DNA of 52,796 nt, taken from NCBI GenBank assembly GCA_043754535.1, contig JAYUUN010000029.1, positions 1 through 52,796 on the forward strand, read 5' to 3'. The DNA comes from Chloroflexota bacterium. Lineage in GTDB: Bacteria > Chloroflexota > Chloroflexia > QHBQ01. The notes below the pieces were generated by a model. That model was not told where the DNA came from. It made no database searches and saw only the letters and a list, made by a program, of their open reading frames with translations. Positions 12,093 to 20,674 of this stretch are shown here, piece after piece (the first letter of the stretch is position 1; the number at the start of each line of letters is the position of its first letter). Made by a program: the position numbers and the translations under genes.

Positions 12093-13196
12093 GTGCCAGA
12101 GCGCGTTCTCAGCCTGCGCGAACTCAACCGTGCCACTCTCGCTCGCCAACTGCTACTGGGGCGGGCCGACCTGCCTGTACTTGCCGCACTGGAGCAGGTT
12201 GCAGGCTTGCAGGCACAGGTGCAGAACCCACCCTACATCGGCCTTTGGTCGCGGTTGTGCGGCTTTGAGCGCGAGCAACTCACCCGGCTGCTGGCCGAGC
12301 GGCAGGTAGTGCGGGCAACGATGCTGCGCGGTACTCTACACCTGTTCACCGCCGCCGACTACCTGCGCTTCCGCCCCACACTGCAACCCGCCCTCGAACG
12401 CGCCTGGCGAGCATTCCACGGTAAGGACGTTATAGGGCTGGATGTAGAGCGCGTGGTCGCCACCGCCCGCTACTATTTTGACCAGCAGCCACGTAGTTAC
12501 ACCGAACTGGGCAAGCTGCTGCTGCTGCACGAGCCAGAACGCGACCCTGCCGCCCTCGCCTATACTGTAATGCGCACCCATCTGCCTATCGTGCAGGTCT
12601 ACCCCGGCGGTAGCTGGGCGGTAGGCAGTACCACTAGCTATGCTGTCGCCGAGGACTGGCTCAGGCAGTCGCTCTCTGTCAGCGACAACCTGCCAGACCT
12701 GATCCGCCGCTACCTAGCTGCCTTCGGCCCCGCCACTGTCGCAGACCTGCAAACCTGGTCAGGCCTCAGCGGTCTGCAAGCGGCGGTCAAGGCGTTGCAG
12801 CCTACACTATGCACCTTCCGCGACCAGGAGGGCAAGCAGTTGTTCGACCTGCCAGCTGGCCCTCTACCGCCCGCCGATACGCCCGCGCCGCCGCGCTTCC
12901 TGCCCGATTATGACAACCTGATCCTCGCGCACAGTGACCGTCGCCGCTTCGTACCGGACGCTCACCGCAAGAAGGTATTCCTCACTGCTGCGCGAGTGCG
13001 GGCTACCTTCCTGCTCGATGGCTTTGTGGCTGGCACCTGGAGAAGTGAGCGCAAGAAGAAGGAAGTACGCTTGCTGCTCGAACCCTTCGCCCCCCTTAGC
13101 ATAGCAGACCGCCACGCTCTGGCCGAGGAGGGGGAGCGGTTGCTGCGCTTCATCGCGGACGATGCTAGTGGGTTTGTGGTCAGCTTCAGCGATTAG
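12093..13196 (+). CDS. HTH_42 winged-helix protein, AlkZ-like DNA glycosylase
   Basis: LNRATLARQLLL, GLQAQ (Q-x-Q catalytic motif), LWSRL, MLRGTLH, RYLAAFGPAT, FLPDYDN, DGFVAGTW; GTG start 5 nt after the nuoE stop. Confidence 0.88.
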   Translation: MPERVLSLRELNRATLARQLLLGRADLPVLAALEQVAGLQAQVQNPPYIGLWSRLCGFEREQLTRLLAERQVVRATMLRGTLHLFTAADYLRFRPTLQPALERAWRAFHGKDVIGLDVERVVATARYYFDQQPRSYTELGKLLLLHEPERDPAALAYTVMRTHLPIVQVYPGGSWAVGSTTSYAVAEDWLRQSLSVSDNLPDLIRRYLAAFGPATVADLQTWSGLSGLQAAVKALQPTLCTFRDQEGKQLFDLPAGPLPPADTPAPPRFLPDYDNLILAHSDRRRFVPDAHRKKVFLTAARVRATFLLDGFVAGTWRSERKKKEVRLLLEPFAPLSIADRHALAEEGERLLRFIADDASGFVVSFSD

Positions 13197-13220
13197 CCGC
13201 TTAGCGAAGGAGCAGAACGC

Positions 13221-13499
13221 ATGGTTTCCGAGCAGCAGAGTGCCGACCTGAACGAGCAGTCACGCCAAATATGGAATGCAAACGCCGAAGCCTGGGACAG
13301 CCGCATGAACGACGGCGGCAACTCCTGGCAGGTGACGCTGATCCAGCCGACCGTCGTCCAGCTGCTGGACATCCAACCGGGACAGCGTGTGCTGGAAGAA
13401 CCACCTGCGCCAAGCCCACTAGTGCCTGAGCGGCCCCTGGACTGGGCAAACTTTGATGCGCCCCCCCTGCTGTTTGCCCGTCTGTGCTTGCCGAAGTAG
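13221..13499 (+). pseudogene. Internally deleted class I SAM-dependent methyltransferase remnant
   Basis: RBS aaggag; N-terminus IWNANAEAWD...LLDIQPGQRVLE stops exactly where motif I (xxCGxG) should begin and joins a C-terminal-like EEP...PPLLFARL. Confidence 0.6.
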
Positions 13500-13540
13500 C
13501 TATTTGCAGTTTGTGCAATATGGCACAATGGCAACCGGTA

Positions 13541-13549
13541 TGGTATAAT
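13541..13549 (+). promoter_or_regulatory. Extended -10 promoter upstream of tRNA-Lys/nuoF
   Basis: Exact TGGTATAAT. Confidence 0.6.
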
Positions 13550-13650
13550 AATGGCGCAACATCTGCTGGTCAGCTATCTTCGCCCGCAGGTTGGCACCGC
13601 TGAAGCGAATGAGTCTGTACCTTCACGGCGTAGCTACTAACCACCATTCT

Positions 13651-13725
13651 GCGTCGCTAACTCAATGGCAGAGTAACGGACTTTTAATCCGTGAGTTCTG
13701 GGTTCGAGTCCCAGGCGACGCACCA
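13651..13725 (+). tRNA. tRNA-Lys (anticodon UUU)
   Basis: Acceptor GCGTCGC/GCGACGC, D-stem ACTC/GAGT, anticodon stem ACGGA-CTTTTAA-TCCGT, T-arm CTGGG-TTCGAGT-CCCAG, discriminator A plus encoded CCA. Confidence 0.97.
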
Positions 13726-13824
13726 TACAGCAACAAGGTTGACAGGGGTTCAATGGTGCGCCCTTGCAAGCTGAAGCAACACCAGGGCGCGGAAAGTCGC
13801 GCCTTCTGCAAGGGAGGAGTGCCG

Positions 13825-15243
13825 ATGGATACGCTTGTTGCCCCCATCACGCCGACGACCTACGAGCCAGTACTGCTCCGCAATCGCGTGGTCGAGAACA
13901 TCCGCAATGTTGCCGTCTACATCAGCGACGGTGGCTATGAGGGGCTGCGCCGTGCGCTGAGCCTAGAGCCGAAGGCGGTCGGTGAGGAGGTGCTGAAAGC
14001 GGGCTTGCGCGGGCGTGGTGGGGCGGGCTTCCCAGCTGGCCGCAAGTGGAGCTTCCTGCCTCCCCTCGGCGACAAACCGCGCTACCTGGTCGTCAACTGC
14101 GACGAGAGCGAGCCTGGCACCTTCCACGACCACGAGATCATTGAGGATAACCCCCATCTGGCGGTCGAGGGTATCATCATCAGTAGCTACGCCACCAGCG
14201 TCCACCATGCCTTCATCTACGTGCGCGGTGAGTTTGCCCTCGGTGCAGAGCGGCTGACGCGGGCAGTAGACGAAGCGCGGGCGCAGGGCTTCCTCGGCAA
14301 GAACATCCTCGGCAGCGGCTACGACCTGGAGATCACCGTGCATCGCGGCGCAGGTGCCTACATCTGCGGCGAGGAGAGCGCGCTACTAGAGTCGTTGGAG
14401 GGGCGGCGCGGCTACCCCCGCCTACGGCCACCCTTCCCCGCCGTCTCTGGCCTCTACAAGTCGCCAACGGTGATCAACAACATTGGTACCCTCGCCAACG
14501 TTGGCCCAATCCTGCGGCGGGGAGCCGACTGGTACAAGTCGATAGGCACAGAAAAGAGCAGTGGCCCTTGCATCTACTCTATCTCTGGTCACGTCGAACG
14601 CCCTGGCAACTATGAAGCTCCCATGGGCCTGACCATGCGCGCCCTGATCTACGACTACGCAGGGGGGGTACGAAATGGCAACGCGCTCAAGGCGATCATC
14701 CCCGGTGGTAGCTCCGCCCCCATCCTGCCCGCCTCGGCGGTAGACTTGGTGCTGGACTTTGACAGCGTGGCGCAGGCGGGTTCGATGCTCGGTTCTGCCG
14801 CGATCATTATCATGGATGAGACGACCGACATGGTGGCTGCTGTCCTCCGCATGGTCGAGTTCTACAAAGAGGAGTCGTGCGGCAAATGCACCCCCTGCCG
14901 TGAGGGTACCTACTGGATGGTCGAGATTCTGGAGCGGATGATGCACAGTGGTGGACGACTAGAGGACATCGATCTGCTCAAGGACGTAGCAGAGAACATC
15001 GCGGGCAAGAGCTTCTGTCTGCTTGGCGACTCAGCGGCGGCCCCAGTGATCAGCAGCATCAATCTGTTCCGTGGCGAGTACGAGGCCAAAATTGCTGAAG
15101 TTAGACAGCCATTATTGCGTCGTAGCACGCCTTCGCCAGAGCCTGAGTGCCTTCGGGATCGTACTGGTAGAGTTGCAGCATCTGGGTGTAGACCTGGTGG
15201 CAGGCTGCCTCTGGGTCGTGCGGCGGCAGGTAGGACTCGTTGA
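13825..15243 (+). CDS. nuoF: NADH-quinone oxidoreductase subunit F
   Basis: GLRGRGGAGFP, NCDESEPG, GAGAYICGEE, ESCGKCTPCREG, FCLLGD; start at the ATG after GGAGGAG; 3' end runs 143 nt into the convergent gene. Confidence 0.97.
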   Translation: MDTLVAPITPTTYEPVLLRNRVVENIRNVAVYISDGGYEGLRRALSLEPKAVGEEVLKAGLRGRGGAGFPAGRKWSFLPPLGDKPRYLVVNCDESEPGTFHDHEIIEDNPHLAVEGIIISSYATSVHHAFIYVRGEFALGAERLTRAVDEARAQGFLGKNILGSGYDLEITVHRGAGAYICGEESALLESLEGRRGYPRLRPPFPAVSGLYKSPTVINNIGTLANVGPILRRGADWYKSIGTEKSSGPCIYSISGHVERPGNYEAPMGLTMRALIYDYAGGVRNGNALKAIIPGGSSAPILPASAVDLVLDFDSVAQAGSMLGSAAIIIMDETTDMVAAVLRMVEFYKEESCGKCTPCREGTYWMVEILERMMHSGGRLEDIDLLKDVAENIAGKSFCLLGDSAAAPVISSINLFRGEYEAKIAEVRQPLLRRSTPSPEPECLRDRTGRVAASGCRPGGRLPLGRAAAGRTR

Positions 15244-15952
15244 CCAGTTGGCCGACGTGCATAGCCACGTCCTTGTCGTACTCGTCGCGCTTGTAGTGGG
15301 CAGCATTGCGGTAGCCGAGCAACGCGCCGCGTGCGCCAGCAGCCATGAAGCCGACCACGGCAGCGGAGCCGCGCTCGTCAACCTCACTTTGCACGGGGCG
15401 GGCGAGCGAGGTGACAAAGCCGAACAATACTGCGCTGATCTCGTCGCCGCTGTCGCGTAGGATGCCAGCTTCCAGGCTGTCTGTCTGCCCATCCCAGGGA
15501 TGCTGGCGAACTGGGCGCAGGTAGCGGCGGCCCGGCTGTTGGGGGTCGTTACCACGCTCGAAGGTGCAATACCCTTCGACCACAAGCTGGCTGAGGGCGG
15601 CAAAGAGCAGGGCAGCGTTGAGCGTGCGGCTGTCTACCCGCGTGCCGAACAGGTAGGCGAGGATCAGCGGCCCCTGCTCGCTGACAGCAAAGAAGCGGGC
15701 ATAGTGCTGGCTGATGATCTTGCTGGCTAGCAGCTTGGGCGTAATCTGAGCGGCGAAGGTGGCGGTGTTTGCCTCTGGCTCGTGCAGTTCTGGCTCTGTA
15801 TTCCAGACCTGGCCGCATGAGCTACAGGTGGCAGTCTGCGGGTCGGTATAAGCCTTGCACAATTTGCAAGCTACTAGAATGTCCTTCGCGCAGTAGGGGC
15901 AAATAGCAGTCTGGAACTGCAACTGCTTGTGACAATGTGGGCAAGTGAGCAT
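15101..15952 (-). CDS. Hypothetical protein with N-terminal double zinc ribbon
   Basis: RBS AGGAG; MLTCPHC..CPYC..CKLC..CSSC then a helical domain of about 220 aa. Confidence 0.8.
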   Translation of the reverse strand: MLTCPHCHKQLQFQTAICPYCAKDILVACKLCKAYTDPQTATCSSCGQVWNTEPELHEPEANTATFAAQITPKLLASKIISQHYARFFAVSEQGPLILAYLFGTRVDSRTLNAALLFAALSQLVVEGYCTFERGNDPQQPGRRYLRPVRQHPWDGQTDSLEAGILRDSGDEISAVLFGFVTSLARPVQSEVDERGSAAVVGFMAAGARGALLGYRNAAHYKRDEYDKDVAMHVGQLVNESYLPPHDPEAACHQVYTQMLQLYQYDPEGTQALAKACYDAIMAV

Positions 15953-16015
15953 CAGTGGTCTCCTGGCCCCCTCCCCTGGCAAGCGGGGTGAGGCTGCGTG
16001 CTAAATGTACTGAGA

Positions 16016-16027
16016 TATTATATAATA
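16016..16027. promoter_or_regulatory. Palindromic bidirectional -10 element between the divergent zinc-ribbon gene and nuoG
   Basis: TATTATATAATA is a perfect palindrome giving TATAAT on both strands. Confidence 0.5.
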
Positions 16028-16087
16028 CCGTCACAACCCCTACAGCTTCTACGTTTTGGTTGAGAGGAAAGTTGCAAAGGACAGGCG

Positions 16088-18181
16088 ATGGCAGACACTC
16101 CCACGAAGTTGACCGTCACCATTGACGGCAAGACAATCCAGGTTGACCCCGGCACCCTCGTCTGGCAGGCCGCTCAGCAGGGCAACATCTCCGTGCCGAT
16201 CTACTGCTACCATCCGAAGATGAAGCCGCTCGGTGCCTGTCGCATCTGCCTGGTGCAGATCGAGGGCCAGCCCCGCCTGGCGACCTCCTGTACCACGGCG
16301 GTGGCCGACAATATGATCGTGCATACGCGCAACGAGGTTGTGACCAAAGCGAGGCAGGGGGTGATGGAGTTCCTGCTGATCAACCATCCGCTGGATTGCC
16401 CGATCTGCGACCGGGGTGGCGAGTGTGACCTCCAGGATTTCGCCGTTGCCTACGGGCGGGGCAAGAGCCGCTTTGTAGAGCAGAAGATGCACAAGGCAAA
16501 GGCGATTGATCTTGGCCCGCGCATCGTCCTCGACCGCGAACGCTGCATCCTCTGCCAGCGTTGCGTGCGCTTCTGTGAAGAAGTGGTAGAGGAGGGCGGC
16601 CTGATCATGTCGGATCGCGGGGTAGAGATGGAGATCGCCACCTTCCGTGGCGAAGCCTACGACTCGCAATTCAGCGGCAACACGGTGGAGATGTGTCCTG
16701 TCGGTGCATTGACCAGCAAGAGCTACCGCTTCCGCTCGCGCCCCTGGGAACTAACCGCTGCTAGCTCCGTTTGCCCCCACTGCCCGGTCGGTTGCAACAT
16801 CAAGGTGGATGCTCGCCTCGGCCTGGAAGTGGTACGCTTTCGCGGGCGCGACAACGACGCGGTGAACGACGGTTTCCTCTGCGACACAGGCCGCTATGGT
16901 TTTGAGTTCATCAACAGTCCCGACCGTCTCGCCAGCCCTCTGCTGCGTAAGGACGGCGAACTCCAGCCTGTTAGCTGGGATGAGGCTTTGCAGGCGGTAG
17001 CCGAGGGCTTTGCGGCTGCCCTGGGCCAGCACGGCCCGCAGTCTATCGGTGGGGTCGGCAGCGGCTACCTGGGCAACGAGGATGCTTATGCCTTCCAGCA
17101 CTTCATGCGCGAGGTACTGGGCAGCAACAATGTTGACCACTATGCTCATAGCAGTTTCGCCGACCCGGTGCAGCATCCCGACCTGTTCACCGCCAGCTTC
17201 AACGACATGGACAAGGCGCAGGCGATCTTGCTGATTGGGGCAGATGTGAGCAAGACGCTGCCGATCATGGAGTTGCGGCTCAAGAAGGCCCGGCGGGAGG
17301 GAGCGAAGATCGTGCTGCTCAACCCGACTGCCACCGCTCTCGACCCCTTCGCCGCTGTGATCCTCGGCTACGAGCCGCTGACCCTGGCGGAGGTGCTGGA
17401 CAACCTGGCGGCTGAGGTGCAGGCAGCCCGCACAGAGGGGGCGACCCCCACCGACGACGCACGGATACTGGCGAACGCGGCCAACATCGTCGTCTGGTAC
17501 GACGAGACGACCGCCCTGGGTCAGGAGGATGCCCGCTCGGTGATCGCTGCCCTCAGCCGCTTGCTGGCTACCCTGCAAACCCACACCTGCGGCCCGCTGG
17601 TAGCTAGCTCTGGCAATGTGCTGGGCGTGCGCGACATGGGCTTGTTGCCCAGCCACCTGCCCGGCTATCAGCCTGCCACCACGCCCGGCCTCGGCTACGC
17701 GCAGATGTTGGTTGGGGGGCTGCAAGCCCTCTATGTTATTGGTGACGACCCGGCCCGCCGCGACCCCACTACCATCGCCAGCTTGCAGGCACTTCCCTTC
17801 CTGGTCGTGCAAGACCAGTTTCTGACGGAGACGGGGCGGTTGGCGCAGGTGGTGCTGCCCGCCAGCAGCTTTGCAGAGAAGGCGGGGACGGTGACGAACA
17901 CGGAGCGGCGGGTGCAGCGACGGCGGGCGGCTGTTGGCCCAGTCGCCAACAGCCGCACAGAGCTAGACATCTTCGCTGACCTCGCTGGGCGGCTGGGCAA
18001 AACCCCCTTCACCCGCGACTACGCTGCTGCCTTCAAGCAGATCGCCGCTGCTGTGCCACAGTATGCGAGCCTGACCCTGGCGAAGCTGGGTAGCAAAGGC
18101 GCGCTCTGGCAGGCGCGGGCAGCAGAGCAAGCAGCAACCAGCGACGAGGTTGCGCTGCTAATGGCAGCGGCGCAAGCGTAG
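16088..18181 (+). CDS. nuoG: NADH-quinone oxidoreductase subunit G
   Basis: PIYCYH..GACRIC, NHPLDCPICDRGGECDLQD, RCILCQRCVRFC, CPVGAL, CPHCPVGC..LCD (N7-type), molybdopterin-oxidoreductase-like C-terminus. Confidence 0.97.
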   Translation: MADTPTKLTVTIDGKTIQVDPGTLVWQAAQQGNISVPIYCYHPKMKPLGACRICLVQIEGQPRLATSCTTAVADNMIVHTRNEVVTKARQGVMEFLLINHPLDCPICDRGGECDLQDFAVAYGRGKSRFVEQKMHKAKAIDLGPRIVLDRERCILCQRCVRFCEEVVEEGGLIMSDRGVEMEIATFRGEAYDSQFSGNTVEMCPVGALTSKSYRFRSRPWELTAASSVCPHCPVGCNIKVDARLGLEVVRFRGRDNDAVNDGFLCDTGRYGFEFINSPDRLASPLLRKDGELQPVSWDEALQAVAEGFAAALGQHGPQSIGGVGSGYLGNEDAYAFQHFMREVLGSNNVDHYAHSSFADPVQHPDLFTASFNDMDKAQAILLIGADVSKTLPIMELRLKKARREGAKIVLLNPTATALDPFAAVILGYEPLTLAEVLDNLAAEVQAARTEGATPTDDARILANAANIVVWYDETTALGQEDARSVIAALSRLLATLQTHTCGPLVASSGNVLGVRDMGLLPSHLPGYQPATTPGLGYAQMLVGGLQALYVIGDDPARRDPTTIASLQALPFLVVQDQFLTETGRLAQVVLPASSFAEKAGTVTNTERRVQRRRAAVGPVANSRTELDIFADLAGRLGKTPFTRDYAAAFKQIAAAVPQYASLTLAKLGSKGALWQARAAEQAATSDEVALLMAAAQA

Positions 18182-18224
18182 CCGTTGCTACTACGTCTAC
18201 ATTTATTTCCACGATCACAAGAGG

Positions 18225-19220
18225 GTGACTAACTTGGACGTAATTATCGAGGCGGCAATCAAGAGCATCTTCATCGTCATCCTGCTACTGACCGGGTTCG
18301 CCTACATGACCTGGTTCGAGCGGCGGGCGGTGGCCCGACTGCAAGGCCGCCTAGGGCCGAATCGGGTCGGGCCTGCTGGCCTCTTTCAGCCGATTGCCGA
18401 CGGCGTGAAGCTGATGATGAAGGAACAAATCTTCCCCCGCGATGTGGTGAGGCCGATCTACTGGCTAGCCCCGGCGATCAGCGGGTTGGTCTGCTTCCTC
18501 AGCTTTGCGATCATTCCCGTCTCCACCCCCTTCCGTATTGGGGATCGCACCGTCAATCCCTGGCTAGCTGACCTGAACATCGGCCTGCTCTACATTCTGG
18601 CGATCACCAGCCTGGGCGTGTACGGCATCGTCCTCGGCGGCTGGTCGAGCGGCAACAAGTACAGCCTGCTTGGTAGCATCCGCTCCTCGGCCCAGATGAT
18701 CAGCTACGAACTTAGCCTCGGCCTCAGCCTGCTGGGGGTGATCATGATCAGCGGTTCACTCAAGCCAACCGAGATCATGCAGTGGCAGTTCAACCACGTC
18801 TGGTTCATCATCCCTCAGTTCTTCGGGGCGATTATCTACTTCATAGCTGCCATTGCCGAGTGCAACCGTGCGCCGTTCGACCTGCCAGAGGCAGAGCAGG
18901 AGCTAACTGCTGGCTACCACACCGAGTATGGGGGGATGCGCTTCACCCTCTACTTCATGGCCGAATACATCAACATGATCACCGTCAGTGCGATTGCCAC
19001 CACCCTGTTCTTGGGCGGGCCAGACGGCCCCTTCGTCCCCTCGTTCATCTGGTTCAGCCTCAAGGTGATCGCCCTGCTGTTCATCTTCATCTGGCTGCGG
19101 GCAACTCTGCCACGGTTGCGCTACGACCAGTTGATGAAGTTCGGCTGGACGCGCCTGCTGCCTCTATCTGTCCTCAACCTCGTAGTCACTTCAACTTTCG
19201 TCGCCCTCTGGCCGAAGTAA
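18225..19220 (+). CDS. nuoH: NADH-quinone oxidoreductase subunit H
   Basis: ERR..RLGPNRVG..QPIADGVK, AQMISYE, NRAPFDLPEAEQEL, RLRYDQLM. Confidence 0.98.
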   Translation: MTNLDVIIEAAIKSIFIVILLLTGFAYMTWFERRAVARLQGRLGPNRVGPAGLFQPIADGVKLMMKEQIFPRDVVRPIYWLAPAISGLVCFLSFAIIPVSTPFRIGDRTVNPWLADLNIGLLYILAITSLGVYGIVLGGWSSGNKYSLLGSIRSSAQMISYELSLGLSLLGVIMISGSLKPTEIMQWQFNHVWFIIPQFFGAIIYFIAAIAECNRAPFDLPEAEQELTAGYHTEYGGMRFTLYFMAEYINMITVSAIATTLFLGGPDGPFVPSFIWFSLKVIALLFIFIWLRATLPRLRYDQLMKFGWTRLLPLSVLNLVVTSTFVALWPK

Positions 19221-19230
19221 GGATCAGTTA

Positions 19231-20133
19231 GTGGATGATGACCCGGTTAGCAGGTTGATCAAGGCGAACGCCGCTGTGGTCAACTACCAGGTAGCCACGG
19301 TGCTGGCTCAGTTCTATACCGAGCATGGTAGGCCAATGCAGGCGGAGGACGCGGTGGGGTTGGTGAGCGAGGGCGTGCGCCACTGGACGCAATTTCTTAT
19401 GCATACGGGGACTGGGGTGGATAAAACCACGATTGGCCTAATGATCGTTGGTGGCGAACGGATGGGACTCAGTGCGGAGGACGTAATGCACAGTATCGAA
19501 CTGACTTTGCAGACCATAGCCGACTTTGCCTGCACGCACCTTGGGCCGGGCGACCAGAGTAATGCTGTGCAGCGTCGTCTGCATTCGGCTTTGGCTATCG
19601 CCCGGATGCGCTTCGCCAGCGCAATCCTGGAGCGTATAACGGGGCCACACCAACCGTTAGTCAGGTGTATAATGGGCAGGCCACCGGTCTCACAGATTGC
19701 GCTGGCGGTGGGGCGGGCAAGTAGAGGAGGGTTAAGCATGGCTGACGAGAAGGATTACCTGCTTCAGGTTATGAGCGAGAACCGGGTGGCTATTGAGTCA
19801 GCGATCTTGGGCGAGATGAGCGAGTATTACGCCGAGCATGGGGTGGATCGCGCTGACGACGAGCTTGAGCAGCGTATTGGGCAGGGTATGGACTTTTGGA
19901 TGCGTTGGTTTGCCAGCCCCGACCCGGCCTTCGCCCAGCAGGTGGTGCGTGGTATGGTCACTAGCAACGGCGCGGCGGGAGTCAGCCCGCAACTGACGCT
20001 GGGCAGCATTGAACTGACCCTGGACATCATGGCCGACTTCGCCAAAGCCCGCTTGCAGCCCGCTGCCAACGAGGAGGCCGCTGCCCGCCTGGATGACGCA
20101 CGCCACCTGGTTCGGGAGGTAATCGCAGCTTGA
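19231..20133 (+). CDS. Helical paralog 1 (domain ~19231-19640), reading in-frame into paralog 2
   Basis: DPVSRLIKAN..FYTEHG..VSEGVRHW..GLSAEDVMHSIELT..VQRRL; shares a motif pattern with the five following units. Confidence 0.7.
   Translation: MDDDPVSRLIKANAAVVNYQVATVLAQFYTEHGRPMQAEDAVGLVSEGVRHWTQFLMHTGTGVDKTTIGLMIVGGERMGLSAEDVMHSIELTLQTIADFACTHLGPGDQSNAVQRRLHSALAIARMRFASAILERITGPHQPLVRCIMGRPPVSQIALAVGRASRGGLSMADEKDYLLQVMSENRVAIESAILGEMSEYYAEHGVDRADDELEQRIGQGMDFWMRWFASPDPAFAQQVVRGMVTSNGAAGVSPQLTLGSIELTLDIMADFAKARLQPAANEEAAARLDDARHLVREVIAA
19738..20133 (+). CDS. Helical paralog 2 (RsbR-N/globin-like, inferred)
   Basis: Own strong RBS AGAGGAGG before ATG; YYAEHG..IGQGMDFWMRW..GVSPQLTLGSIELT..AARL. 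Confidence 0.8.
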   Translation: MADEKDYLLQVMSENRVAIESAILGEMSEYYAEHGVDRADDELEQRIGQGMDFWMRWFASPDPAFAQQVVRGMVTSNGAAGVSPQLTLGSIELTLDIMADFAKARLQPAANEEAAARLDDARHLVREVIAA

Positions 20134-20161
20134 GAGCTAGTCGTCAACAGGGAGGCTGAAA

Positions 20162-20635
20162 GTGACCCAGCAAAGTAGAGACCCACTGATCGCCATGATC
20201 GACAGCCAGCGCAGCGAACTGGAAAGCCGTATCCTTAGGCCAACCGTAGCCTACTACGGGAGCATAATCGTCCTCACCCCAGAGTTCGAGCAACTGCTGG
20301 CCGTGCGTGTCACCGAGGGGCTAGATTTTGTCAAGAGCTGGCTGCAAGCTTTTTCGCCAGAGGAGAGCCGCAGCTACTTTGCGATGATGCTAGAGCAGAC
20401 TCGTGCCGAGGGGATCGGTATTGCCCAAGCCATGCAGGTCACTGAGCTTGTGACCAACGTGATCATCGCTATGGCCCGCGAGAAGCTGCTGGCTAGCGAA
20501 CGCGAAGATGCAGTGCGGCGGCTGAGTAATGGTGCGCTATATGGCAAGACGATGTTGACCAGCGAGATGGCTCGCCAGCGCAAGTCTGGCGCACTGACCG
20601 AGACTGGGGTGGCTGCGGACGAAGTAGAGGATTAG
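20162..20635 (+). CDS. Helical paralog 3
   Basis: RBS GGAGG; DPLIAMIDSQRSELESRI..VTEGLDFVKSW..RAEGIGIAQAMQVTELVT..AREKL..VRRL. Confidence 0.82.
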   Translation: MTQQSRDPLIAMIDSQRSELESRILRPTVAYYGSIIVLTPEFEQLLAVRVTEGLDFVKSWLQAFSPEESRSYFAMMLEQTRAEGIGIAQAMQVTELVTNVIIAMAREKLLASEREDAVRRLSNGALYGKTMLTSEMARQRKSGALTETGVAADEVED

Positions 20636-20674
20636 GCCACCTATGTAGAGCCAGGCTGGTGAGGAGAGCAACCA

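Noticed and set aside
13651..13725. tRNA as the attachment site of an integrative element
   Set aside because: No integrase or transposase in the window, no duplicated tRNA 3' end noticed, and core nuo genes lie on both sides.
13591..13824. N-terminal extension of the nuoF ORF in the track
   Set aside because: It runs through the tRNA-Lys gene; a strong RBS and ATG at 13825 give a normal NuoF start.
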